Source: Nitrosomonas europaea
GTDB lineage: Bacteria; Pseudomonadota; Gammaproteobacteria; Burkholderiales; Nitrosomonadaceae
Assembly: GCF_900167395.1 (NCBI RefSeq)
Contig: NZ_FUWK01000024.1
Location: 13,869 to 45,868, forward strand
DNA length: 32,000 bases
Direction of reading: 5' to 3'
Position 1 is the stretch's first letter; every line of letters begins with the position of its first letter. Positions 17,351-26,354 of the stretch are shown one piece after another. Below the pieces are notes generated by a model. It saw nothing but the letters and a program-made list of their open reading frames with translations, ran no database searches and was not told the DNA's origin. Made by a program: the position numbers and the translations under genes.

Positions 17351-19648
17351 ATGAAATCTATTGCCGGATTATTTTCGTTACTGCTTCTGCTATGGGCGAA
17401 TACGGCCAATGCGCAAAATGACATCACCTATTCCTTCAATCTTCCTGCACAGCCCCTTTCTTCCACACTGAATCACCTGGCCAATATCACCGGCATCAAG
17501 CTGATTTATGCAGATGAAATCACCCGGAATCATCTTTCTCCACCTCTACACGGCAACTTCACACTGGCAGAAGCATTGAACCAGGTACTGAATAAAAACC
17601 GGTTGAAGTACGAGATGGTCGATAACAGCATGGTCGTCATCAGCCAGGCTGCTGCCAATACGGTTTTACCCGAAATCACCATCACCACTGATTCATCCGC
17701 GGCCGGTAACGAAGCCTCACTAACCGTTCCGAATACCGCACAGGCAACGGCCAATATCCAGTACACACCCGGTGCCGTCGAAGTCATATCCGATACCCGA
17801 TTCAAAAGTACACCGGCACAAACCATCAAGGACATCGTCGGCTGGATACCCGGTGTCATCGCCCAACCCAAATCGAATATCGACAACAGGATATCGATCC
17901 GCGGCTCCGGACTGACGCGCAACTACGGCAACCGTGGCATCAATATGTATATGGACGGCATCCCGATCAACACTGCCGATGGCCTGTTCGATGTCTTCGA
18001 AATCGATCCAGGTGCTTACCGCTACGTCGAAGTGTTCAAGGGTGCCAATGCACTGCGTTACGGAGCCAACTCTCTCGGTGGCGCAATCAACTTCGTCACA
18101 CCGACAGGTTATGATGCTTCCCGGTTCAGCGGGCGAGTGGATACAGGCAGTTTCGGCTATATGAAAGGGCAGGCAAGCACAGGCGGAGTCCACGGTCCGT
18201 ATGATTATTTCATCACTGCATCGGCACAGCGCGAGGATGGCTATCGCGATCACAGCAACGGCCACATGGTACTGGGCAGCGCCAACTTCGGTTATCGATT
18301 CTCACCGGATGCCGAGACACGCTTTTACCTGAACGCAAATACATGGCGCCAGCGTTTACCAGGCGAGCTGACCAGGAGCATGGCGCTGGATTCACCACGC
18401 AGCGCCGATCCCGAGTTCATACGGCAGGATCAGCAACGCAACATCGACTCAGTGCGGCTCGCCAACAAGACTACGCTACGCTTCGGCTCCACCACGGTCG
18501 ACTTTGGTCTCTTTGGCCACCATCGTCATGTGGATCATCCTATCTACCGGTACCTGGATTACTATGTCCATGACTACGGCGGCTTCGCCCGTGCAACCGA
18601 TGACCGTCTGATCGCCGGCTTCCGCAACCGCTTTGTCGCGGGTGCAAATGTTCATAACGGTAAAATCAACTACAAAGAATATATCAACCCGGGAGATGCG
18701 GTGAAAGGGGCACTGGCCATGTCCACGGTGGATAAATCACAGAACTATTCAATCTATGCGGAAAACAGTTTCTACTTCCTGCAGAACGTCGCGCTTGTTG
18801 CCGGCGGGCAGTTCCTGCATGCGATTCGCGACCGGAATGACCGTTTCCTGACGGATGGCGACCAGTCGGGTCGCCGCGCTTACAGCATCTTCAGCCCCAG
18901 AGGAGGATTGTTGTGGGACATTGCTCCTGATGTACAGATCTTTGCCAATATCTCACGCAGTGCGGAAGTACCGACCTTCGACACGAATACATTCATGACA
19001 CCTGCCAGCTCGGAACTCGATGCCCAGACTGCCACCACCTACGAAATCGGAACACGCGGGCGCAAAGCCGATTTCAAATGGGATATCGCCTTCTATCGCG
19101 CCCATCTCAGAAATGAGCTGCAATGCCTGAGAACGTCGCCGTTCAGCCCGTGTACGGTAGTCAATGCGGATCGTACCGTACATCAGGGAATCGAACTGGG
19201 ATTTGGTGCCGCATTTCTCAAGGGAATCGCCACCCGGAAAGATCTTCTCTGGCTCGACGTAGCCTACACCTACAACGATTTCTTTTTTGACAATGACACC
19301 CTTTATGGAAACAACAAGCTGCCCGGCGTACCACCCCACTACCTGCGCGCAGAAGTGCTCTACAAATACCCGAATGGATTCCACGCCGGCCCGAATGTCG
19401 AATGGATGCCACGAGCCTATTACGCCGATAACGCCAACAGTCTCACCATCGGCTCATACGCGCTCCTGAACTTCAGAATCGGCTATGACCCGGGTAAAGG
19501 ATGGTCCGGCTACCTCGAAGGACGTAATCTGCTCGATACCCGCTACATCTCGACCACGATCACCTCCGGTACGGCCGATGCCACTTCGGCACTCTTCAAC
19601 TCCGGCTACGGCCGGGCAATTTATGGTGGTATACGATTCAACTGGTGA
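17351..19648 (+). CDS. TonB-dependent transducer (FecA-like receptor with N-terminal signalling domain)
   Basis: 765 aa with a signal peptide and an STN-type signalling domain (FNLPAQPLSSTLNHLANITGIKLIY...GNFTLAEALNQVL). TonB-box-like LPEITITT, a plug domain, a beta-barrel, and a terminal GGIRFNW. Confidence 0.9.
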   Translation: MKSIAGLFSLLLLLWANTANAQNDITYSFNLPAQPLSSTLNHLANITGIKLIYADEITRNHLSPPLHGNFTLAEALNQVLNKNRLKYEMVDNSMVVISQAAANTVLPEITITTDSSAAGNEASLTVPNTAQATANIQYTPGAVEVISDTRFKSTPAQTIKDIVGWIPGVIAQPKSNIDNRISIRGSGLTRNYGNRGINMYMDGIPINTADGLFDVFEIDPGAYRYVEVFKGANALRYGANSLGGAINFVTPTGYDASRFSGRVDTGSFGYMKGQASTGGVHGPYDYFITASAQREDGYRDHSNGHMVLGSANFGYRFSPDAETRFYLNANTWRQRLPGELTRSMALDSPRSADPEFIRQDQQRNIDSVRLANKTTLRFGSTTVDFGLFGHHRHVDHPIYRYLDYYVHDYGGFARATDDRLIAGFRNRFVAGANVHNGKINYKEYINPGDAVKGALAMSTVDKSQNYSIYAENSFYFLQNVALVAGGQFLHAIRDRNDRFLTDGDQSGRRAYSIFSPRGGLLWDIAPDVQIFANISRSAEVPTFDTNTFMTPASSELDAQTATTYEIGTRGRKADFKWDIAFYRAHLRNELQCLRTSPFSPCTVVNADRTVHQGIELGFGAAFLKGIATRKDLLWLDVAYTYNDFFFDNDTLYGNNKLPGVPPHYLRAEVLYKYPNGFHAGPNVEWMPRAYYADNANSLTIGSYALLNFRIGYDPGKGWSGYLEGRNLLDTRYISTTITSGTADATSALFNSGYGRAIYGGIRFNW

Positions 19649-19708
19649 AAACAATCGAGAGGCATCTCCCAGCTATTTTCTGGAACCTGTCAGTGTGAGA
19701 ACGATGAT

Positions 19709-21028
19709 ATGCTGGCGCCCATGGCATTTTCCCGACGTGAACAATCTTTAAGCCAATCCATCGGCGCCCTGATCGCCCAGCATTTATGGGCAAAAATTCT
19801 GTTGGGGATGGTACTGGGCACCCTCACAGGCCTTGTACTATCTCCTGGCGGTCTGGCATTACTGGAAAACGATACTGTGCTCATGGCAGCGGAATGGATT
19901 GCGCTGCCCGGAGTCATTTTTCTGGAAATGCTCAAAATGGTAGTGATTCCGCTGATCATCTGCTCCATTGCACTCGGTATTCTGACCAGTGGCTCTCCGC
20001 ACCAGTTGAAGCGAATGGGAGCATTCATCGTGCCGTACTTCATCATCACTTCTTTCGTTGCCGTAGGAATCGGCCTTGCCATCACGCTCATCATTCAGCC
20101 CGGGCATACGGTCGGCACCAGTATCGATACGCTGGCGGCTGCCATGACGGCTGATGGTGGTATAAAAACATTTGACGATCTGACTGTCCCGCAACGCATC
20201 GTTAACCTCATCCCTTCCAATTTCGTCGAAGCAGCCATGCAAACCGACATGCTCAAAGTCGTAATTGGTGCGATTTTTCTCGGTGTAGCCGCGTTGACCA
20301 TTCCACGTGAAATCGCAAAACCATTCGAGGATTTATGCCTGTTCGGACAAGTGGCCGCAATGAAGATCATCAGCTGGGCCATGGCACTGGCCCCTTATGC
20401 TGTATTCGGTCTGATGGTCGATGCCATGGTTCGGCTGGGCTTCGATATACTGACAGCGATCGGCTGGTATATGGGTTGTGTATTGCTGGGACTCGTGATC
20501 ATTCTCGGCTTGTATCTGTTCGGAGCAGCCGTTTTCGGCCATCGTCCGCCATTCGAATTTTTGCGCGCCATACGTGATGTGCAACTGCTGGCTTTCTCCA
20601 CCTCCAGTTCAGCTGCCGTCATGCCTTTATCCATTCGTGCAGCAGAAGAAAATCTTGGTGTCAGTGAAGATATCAGTCGTTTTGTCATTCCTGTCGGGAC
20701 GACGATCAATATGGACGGTACCGGACTTTACCAGGCAGTAGCCGCTGTTTTCCTGTGCCAGATCTTCAAAGTGGATCTGAGTTTCACAGAAATGATCCTG
20801 CTGTTATGCACCACGGTTGGTGCTTCGATCGGCACACCGGCCACGCCGGGTGTCGGTATTGCCGTACTGGCTACCATTTTATCGGGCATCGGTGTGCCAC
20901 CTGCCGGAATCGGCATCATTTTCGGCGTCGATCGCATTCTCGATATGTGTCGCACGACCATCAACGTTACTGGTGATCTGACTGCTGTCGTCATCATGGA
21001 TAAATGGATGAAAAAGAACTTTGCTTAG
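19709..21028 (+). CDS. Dicarboxylate/amino acid:cation symporter (DAACS family, GltP/DctA-like)
   Basis: 439 aa and polytopic, with DAACS-type motifs (AFSTSSSAAVMPLS, PVGTTINMDGTGLYQAVAAVF, DRILDMCRTTINVTGD). The start could alternatively be ATG 19721. Substrate is not assignable. Confidence 0.85.
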   Translation: MLAPMAFSRREQSLSQSIGALIAQHLWAKILLGMVLGTLTGLVLSPGGLALLENDTVLMAAEWIALPGVIFLEMLKMVVIPLIICSIALGILTSGSPHQLKRMGAFIVPYFIITSFVAVGIGLAITLIIQPGHTVGTSIDTLAAAMTADGGIKTFDDLTVPQRIVNLIPSNFVEAAMQTDMLKVVIGAIFLGVAALTIPREIAKPFEDLCLFGQVAAMKIISWAMALAPYAVFGLMVDAMVRLGFDILTAIGWYMGCVLLGLVIILGLYLFGAAVFGHRPPFEFLRAIRDVQLLAFSTSSSAAVMPLSIRAAEENLGVSEDISRFVIPVGTTINMDGTGLYQAVAAVFLCQIFKVDLSFTEMILLLCTTVGASIGTPATPGVGIAVLATILSGIGVPPAGIGIIFGVDRILDMCRTTINVTGDLTAVVIMDKWMKKNFA

Positions 21029-21143
21029 GATGATAACGCAGAACAAGCTGGCAATTTTTTGTACCCGAGCCAGGATATACCAGCAAACAGCCGAATATAT
21101 ACCACAACATTGTATTTTGTTTGATTTGATCGAGGATTAGAAG

Positions 21144-21172
21144 TTGACTTAATAAATACGAATTATTACCAT
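21144..21172 (+). promoter_or_regulatory. Candidate sigma-70 promoter for the small ORF / S4 unit
   Basis: TTGACT (21144-49), a 17-nt spacer, then TACCAT (21167-72), inside an AT-rich intergenic region. It would leave almost no leader before ATG 21185, so either the ORF start is ATG 21206 or the promoter call is wrong. Confidence 0.25.
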
Positions 21173-21184
21173 TGCTCGAAATAA

Positions 21185-21499
21185 ATGTCTGACAGGGTCA
21201 TTCGTATGAATCAGCAATCTGAAACAGATGCACAATTCGATCCGGATTTACCTACAGCGAATGCCGTCATGGCATCGTTGTGCTGCGTGGCAGCACAGTA
21301 TGCAAGCAGGCCGTCGACGGAGTTGGCAAAGTTGGCGCTGGATCTTGCGTATAAGCTGACCGCACCGCAGTATGCGGAATCGGAGCTGATCACTGAAGTG
21401 GCACAGCAACTGGTCAGGCAGTGGAAACAGGTTTTATATCAACAGGTACAAGCAAGGGCTGCCGGTATGATCATACCGGGCAACCGATTCATCAATTAA
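21185..21499 (+). CDS. Hypothetical small protein (104 aa), no family recognised
   Basis: This is the only ORF in an otherwise empty 480-nt interval. Its composition is plausible (Ala/Gln/Leu-rich, predicted helical). It ends 13 nt before the S4 gene. No convincing SD is present, and an alternative start exists at 21206. It could instead be an untranslated leader of the S4 gene. Confidence 0.4.
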   Translation: MSDRVIRMNQQSETDAQFDPDLPTANAVMASLCCVAAQYASRPSTELAKLALDLAYKLTAPQYAESELITEVAQQLVRQWKQVLYQQVQARAAGMIIPGNRFIN

Positions 21500-21512
21500 C
21501 GCTGGAGCAGTT

Positions 21513-22130
21513 ATGTCACGGTTTACAGGACCAAGATTGAAAATCATGCGAGCACTGGGTGTCGATCTGCCTGGTTTATCGCGCAAAACCATCGCAAGCA
21601 GGCCGACTCCACCGGGTCAGCATGGCGCCAAGCTGGTACGCCGCAGAAAATCGGATTTCGGTATCAAACTGCAGGAAAAACAGAAATTGCGTTTCAATTA
21701 CGGGCTGTCTGAACGCCAGTTGCGTCATCTGATGCTGAACGCGCGCAAAAGCACCGAACCGACAGGCGAAACTTTATTGCAGCTGTTGGAACGCCGGCTC
21801 GATAATGTAGTGTTTCGCGCCGGGTTCGCACCGACCGTCATAGCAGCACGGCAACTGGTATCACACCGCCATGTCCGTCTGAATGGCAAACCTGTTAACA
21901 TTCCGTCCATCCGTCTGAATGTAGGTGATGAAATCACCATCAAACCGGAAAGCCTGAATCTGCCCATCGTACTGGGAACATTGCAGGACTTACCACTAAG
22001 CCGCCCTGAATGGCTGCTCTGGGATGAAAAAGATAAAACCGGCAAAATTACCCACCTGCCTACTGCCGAAGATGTTCCGTTTCCTATCGATGTACAGCAG
22101 GTCGTGGAATATTACGCCAACCGGATGTAG
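21513..22130 (+). CDS. rpsD: 30S ribosomal protein S4 homologue, stand-alone (not in an rpsM-rpsK-rpsD-rpoA context)
   Basis: 205 aa. N-terminus MSRFTGPRLKIMRALGVDLPGLSRK..PPGQHG, then LQEKQKLRFNYGLSERQL, and an S4 RNA-binding domain LDNVVFRAGFAPTVIAARQLVSHRHVRLNGKPVNIPSIRLNVGDEITIK. GGAG lies 7 nt upstream. Confidence 0.85.
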   Translation: MSRFTGPRLKIMRALGVDLPGLSRKTIASRPTPPGQHGAKLVRRRKSDFGIKLQEKQKLRFNYGLSERQLRHLMLNARKSTEPTGETLLQLLERRLDNVVFRAGFAPTVIAARQLVSHRHVRLNGKPVNIPSIRLNVGDEITIKPESLNLPIVLGTLQDLPLSRPEWLLWDEKDKTGKITHLPTAEDVPFPIDVQQVVEYYANRM

Positions 22131-22242
22131 TTTCATGTATTTGACCAGCGCTCAGGAATGCTTACCATCCAATCGCCTGGCCTGGTCATCTCAACATACT
22201 CTCGGCTGGTAGCTCGATCTCTTTGTTACCTACCGGTAGAGA

Positions 22243-23109
22243 TTAGCGGGACAACTGCCCAAAATGCCCGCTGTTAAAGTCTGCGATTGCCTGATCGATT
22301 TCTGTCTGACTGTTCATGACAAAAGGCCCGTATCCGACGACTGGTTCATCGATGGGCTCACCGCTGAGCAACAGTACTGTGGCATCTTCCCGAACATCGA
22401 GTGATACCGTATCACCTGCACGATCGAGCGATACCAGTTGTGCAGCCTGGACAAGCGGGCTGCCATTGACTGATATTTTGCCATGCAAAACGGCGAGTGC
22501 CGTATTCCATCCCTCCGGTAACGGTAACTCAGTGACTTTCCCTCGTTTCAGCCGCACATCCCAGACATTCATCGGTGTATAAGTACGGGCTGGTCCCGTA
22601 TGATCCTGATAACAACCTGCAATTACCCGGATACTGCCAGCATCATCCGGCAAAGCAACTACCGGAATATCCGCAGAAAGGATGGCCTGATAATGCGGAG
22701 CAATCATCTTATCCTTAGCAGGCAGATTGACCCATAACTGCACCATCTCAAGCTGACCACCCGAGCGTGTAAAGGACTCCGAGTGGAATTCCTCGTGCAG
22801 AATGCCCGCACCTGCAGTCATCCACTGCACATCACCCGGGCCGATCACCCCTCCTTGACCAGTCGAATCCCGATGGGCCACTTCGCCATGGTAAACAATC
22901 GTTACCGTTTCAAACCCGCGGTGCGGATGCTGCCCCACTCCACGCGGTCGCTCTGCTGGAGCAAAGTCAACCGGGCCAGCATAATCCAGCAGCAGAAATG
23001 GACTCAGCAGTTTTCCATGATTGCTATAAGAAAACAGCGAGCGCACCGGGAAACCATCACCCACCCAATGAAGAGGCGGTGCATCATAAATACCCAGAAT
23101 CTTTTTCAT
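22243..23109 (-). CDS. Pirin family protein (bicupin, quercetinase-like)
   Basis: Pirin motifs are present: GFPVRS...HPHRGFETVTIVYHGEVAHRDS...VQWMTAGAGILHEE. I chose ATG 23109 because AGGAG lies 6 nt upstream, giving 288 aa, typical of pirins. The ORF-track start at 23247 runs into an unrelated transposase-like fragment. Confidence 0.85.
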   Translation of the reverse strand: MKKILGIYDAPPLHWVGDGFPVRSLFSYSNHGKLLSPFLLLDYAGPVDFAPAERPRGVGQHPHRGFETVTIVYHGEVAHRDSTGQGGVIGPGDVQWMTAGAGILHEEFHSESFTRSGGQLEMVQLWVNLPAKDKMIAPHYQAILSADIPVVALPDDAGSIRVIAGCYQDHTGPARTYTPMNVWDVRLKRGKVTELPLPEGWNTALAVLHGKISVNGSPLVQAAQLVSLDRAGDTVSLDVREDATVLLLSGEPIDEPVVGYGPFVMNSQTEIDQAIADFNSGHFGQLSR

Positions 23110-23149
23110 TGTCATCTCCTCACAAAGTGGGACTAAACACCTAGGTAGC

Positions 23150-23313
23150 TCTGCTTCTTGGAGTGCGTCCTTACTAATACGCGTGGCCTGCCTTTTATCT
23201 CCCTCAGTAAGATCGTGCGTAAAACTGCGCTTTTTCCACTTTGCCACTGTCTTGGGGTTGATGGCGTAACGCTTCGTCAGCGTATTCAGGCTCTCTTGAT
23301 TATGTTGTATCGC
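23150..23313 (-). pseudogene. Remnant of an IS481-like transposase N-terminal HTH region
   Basis: The minus-strand translation AIQHNQESLNTLTKRYAINPKTVAKWKKRSFTHDLTEGDKRQATRISKDALQEAE resembles the ...INPKTVAKW.KR...TGPK...T.LS..EEA segment of IS481-type transposases. It has no start codon and no catalytic domain. It lies in the same frame between the DUF3617-like stop (23314-16) and the pirin gene. The family assignment is from memory and is not searchable here. Confidence 0.4.
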
Positions 23314-23823
23314 TCAACGCATCGGCTCACACTGCGCGCCAATCCACCGGCCACTCGTTTCGGCATAGACATACAGCGGTGTACCCTGGACCGTACTGTT
23401 GAATTCCGTTTTTCCGGTAAAACGCTCGGGAGTGGAAAAAATACCTTCAGCGTGACCGTTCCCTTTGAAACGGGGATTGTCGCAGACAAGTTCCACCTGA
23501 TAGCGATTTCCGGACCGGCTGGCATTTACGACCGAACATCCGGACTGATTCTCGTAAAAATGCGAGGGAATATCCTGTTCTGCCATCTCCGGGGTGATAC
23601 ATACCTTCGAAATGGCAGCACCCTCCTGAATGCGAGGCACTTTCAATCCATATTGCCTGGCCAGACTGGTGATCTGCTGCATTTGCTCGGATGGAACATG
23701 TGCAATCAGCCCGAGCAAATCCGATCGAGTCGTGACTTCCCATAACCCGGGCCGAATGGTATCTCCACACCAGCCGGATGTGCCAACTACTGAAAACAGG
23801 ATGAACGCTGCAAACTTACGCAT
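23314..23823 (-). CDS. Secreted hypothetical protein, DUF3617-like
   Basis: 169 aa with an N-terminal signal peptide (MRKFAAFILFSVVGTSGW). The PGLWE motif shortly after the signal peptide is what I associate with DUF3617. It has conserved Cys pairs. Confidence 0.6.
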   Translation of the reverse strand: MRKFAAFILFSVVGTSGWCGDTIRPGLWEVTTRSDLLGLIAHVPSEQMQQITSLARQYGLKVPRIQEGAAISKVCITPEMAEQDIPSHFYENQSGCSVVNASRSGNRYQVELVCDNPRFKGNGHAEGIFSTPERFTGKTEFNSTVQGTPLYVYAETSGRWIGAQCEPMR

Positions 23824-23853
23824 GGCTGCCCCGTCAATAACGATTGAAAATAA

Positions 23854-24207
23854 TTAATGGTGCCCACGGTCGCTTTTATCGTTTTCCCGGATTTCAATGA
23901 TTTCAGCATCTTCAATCATGCTATTTTTTTGCTCGGCCGCAGCAGACATCGACTTCCGGAATTTACGCCGCAACCACCAGAACCGTGCACCAATCACACC
24001 AGCCACGGCGACAAACAGTGCCAGCACGATTGAAAAGAAGAATGCACCCAGCACTACTACTACGACCACTGCCGGTATGAGTGTCAGATAAAACAACCAT
24101 TTATTGGCCGGTGGTGTTTTCAGGGGATCGCCCTCCGGGCCGGTCTGTCCACGGTATACGATCCGCCTGATGATTATCTTTCTGAAATCGTCGTACATTG
24201 CATCCAC
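23854..24207 (-). CDS. Small membrane protein, hypothetical
   Basis: 117 aa with two hydrophobic helices (WLFYLTLIPAVVVVVVLGAFFF / IVLALFVAVAGVIGARFWW), then a basic stretch and an acidic tail. The start (24207 or 24198) overlaps the last 25-34 nt of pepP. No family recognised. Confidence 0.5.
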   Translation of the reverse strand: MDAMYDDFRKIIIRRIVYRGQTGPEGDPLKTPPANKWLFYLTLIPAVVVVVVLGAFFFSIVLALFVAVAGVIGARFWWLRRKFRKSMSAAAEQKNSMIEDAEIIEIRENDKSDRGHH

Positions 24208-25502
24208 TCCTCTATTTCAGCCACACTTTTAGGCACCGCTCCGGTAAGCACTTCATGTCCGGCCGGTGTAACTGCCACGTCATCCTCGATTCTTATGCCT
24301 ATATTCCAGAAATGTTTCGGAACATCTTCGGCCGGACGAATGTAACAGCCCGGTTCGACCGTCAACGTCATTCCCGGTACCAATTCACGCCACTGGCCAG
24401 TCTGTTTATATTCTCCGGCATCATGTACATCCAATCCCAGCCAGTGCCCGGTCCGGTGCATATAAAAACGTTTATAGGATTCCGTTTCGATGACGGCATC
24501 CGGACTACCCTGGCACAAATTCAAATCGATGAAGCCTTGCACCAGTACCCGCAAAGCAGCCTGATGCGGTGAATCCCAGTTGCTGCCGGGCCGAACCGCG
24601 TCAATTGCAGCGGATTGCGCAGAAAGTACTAGCTGATAGACATCTTTTTGTACAGCGGAGAATCTGCCATTCACCGGAAAGGTACGTGTGATGTCCGCCG
24701 CATAGCCGTGCAGTTCACAAGCTGCATCGATCAGCAGCAAATCACCCGCCTGCAGTTGCGCATCGTTCTGGATGTAATGCAGTACACATGCATTTGCACC
24801 GCCTGCCACGATTGATGTATAGGCGGGGGCTTCAGCGCCCTGCCGGCGAAATTCATACAGCAGTTCGGCTTCTATTTCATACTCATATCTGCCGGGGCGG
24901 GTCGCCTGCATGGCACGCTTGTGTGCCTCAGCTGAAATTCCGGCTGCTTCACGCATTACCGCCAATTCATTTTCATCCTTGATCAGACGCATTTCATCGA
25001 GTAAATGGCGGATATCCCGAATTTCAGCAGGCGCCGATACCCCCTTTCTGACCTGTTCCCGTACCCGGCTGATCCACCCTACCACACGCTGATCCCAGGA
25101 AGTATCATGACCGAAGGCATGAAATACTACGGGCTGATCCGCCAGAAGCTCACCGGCCAGCTCATCCAGCCGGGCAATGGAATATGCTGCATCGAAACCG
25201 AAAACCTCCCGTGCAGCCTCCGGCCCATAACGAAATCCATCCCAGATTTCACGCTCGATATCCTTGTCACGGCAAAATAAAATCTGCTGCGAAGTACTTG
25301 CGTCGCCGGTTGCAACCAGTACCAGCACTGCTTCGGGTTCGCGAAAACCTGTCAGATAATAAAAATAACTGTCGAAACGATAAGGATAATGTGTATCCCG
25401 GTTACGGTATCTTTCCGGCGAAGTAGCAATTACCGCAACGCCATGCTGTATTTTTGACAGCAGATGCTTTCTGCGGTCGATGAAGGTCTGGATCGGAGTC
25501 AT
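24174..25502 (-). CDS. pepP: Xaa-Pro aminopeptidase
   Basis: 442 aa. N-terminal domain motif YPYRFDSYFYYLTGFREPEAVLVL. M24B metal ligands in context (DAACELHGYAADITRTFP, HRTGHWLGLDVHD, LTVEPG, GIRIEDD). Confidence 0.9.
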   Translation of the reverse strand: MTPIQTFIDRRKHLLSKIQHGVAVIATSPERYRNRDTHYPYRFDSYFYYLTGFREPEAVLVLVATGDASTSQQILFCRDKDIEREIWDGFRYGPEAAREVFGFDAAYSIARLDELAGELLADQPVVFHAFGHDTSWDQRVVGWISRVREQVRKGVSAPAEIRDIRHLLDEMRLIKDENELAVMREAAGISAEAHKRAMQATRPGRYEYEIEAELLYEFRRQGAEAPAYTSIVAGGANACVLHYIQNDAQLQAGDLLLIDAACELHGYAADITRTFPVNGRFSAVQKDVYQLVLSAQSAAIDAVRPGSNWDSPHQAALRVLVQGFIDLNLCQGSPDAVIETESYKRFYMHRTGHWLGLDVHDAGEYKQTGQWRELVPGMTLTVEPGCYIRPAEDVPKHFWNIGIRIEDDVAVTPAGHEVLTGAVPKSVAEIEEWMQCTTISER

Positions 25503-25654
25503 ATCGTCAGATTCTTGCAGGAATCATGGAAGAAAGCAAAGAAACAGCTGCACATCTTGCCAACCCCGTGAACACAGATATCCATTCAAAAGCATTATTA
25601 ACTCCCCGTTTCCATTTATGGTTAAAATGTGACATTTCCTTATGAGGTCCAATC

Positions 25655-26335
25655 ATGTATCGTATTGCCCCGAGTATTCTTTCCGCCAATTTTGCCAGAC
25701 TGGGTGAAGAAATCACGCAAGTCCTGGATTCCGGCGCAGACATCATTCACTTCGATGTCATGGATAACCATTACGTTCCCAATCTGACGATCGGTCCACT
25801 GGTGTGTGAGGCAATCCGCCCCTTAACCCAAGCGATGATCGATGTGCACCTGATGGTGGAACCGGTTGATCGCATCATTCCGGATTTCGCAAAGGCAGGC
25901 GCCAACATCATTTCATTCCATCCGGAAGCCTCGCGGCACATCGATCGTACGATCGGACTCATCAAGGAGCAGGGATGCAAGGCAGGACTGGTTTTCAATC
26001 CGGCCACCCCTCTTTCGTATCTCGACCACGTCCTGGACAAACTCGACCTGATCCTGATCATGTCAGTCAACCCCGGTTTTGGCGGACAGACTTTCATTCC
26101 TGAAGCACTGAATAAATTACGCCTGACCAGGGAACGTATCACTGCAAGCAGCCGTGACATTCTGCTGGAAATCGATGGTGGTGTAAAAGTGGATAACATT
26201 GCGGAAATCGCCCGCGCCGGCGCAGATACTTTCGTGGCTGGTTCTGCCATTTATGGTGCGGGTAAAGAAAGTGATCCCCACCGCTACGACAGCATCATTG
26301 CCGCCATGCGCGCCGAGTTGGCAAAAGTCGCCTGA
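25655..26335 (+). CDS. rpe: Ribulose-phosphate 3-epimerase
   Basis: 226 aa with [19 protein letters not shown]...[14 protein letters not shown]...DVHLMV...[12 protein letters not shown]. The GAGG RBS is present. Confidence 0.95.
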   Translation: MYRIAPSILSANFARLGEEITQVLDSGADIIHFDVMDNHYVPNLTIGPLVCEAIRPLTQAMIDVHLMVEPVDRIIPDFAKAGANIISFHPEASRHIDRTIGLIKEQGCKAGLVFNPATPLSYLDHVLDKLDLILIMSVNPGFGGQTFIPEALNKLRLTRERITASSRDILLEIDGGVKVDNIAEIARAGADTFVAGSAIYGAGKESDPHRYDSIIAAMRAELAKVA

Positions 26336-26354
26336 TCAGGAACCAGTTACTCTC

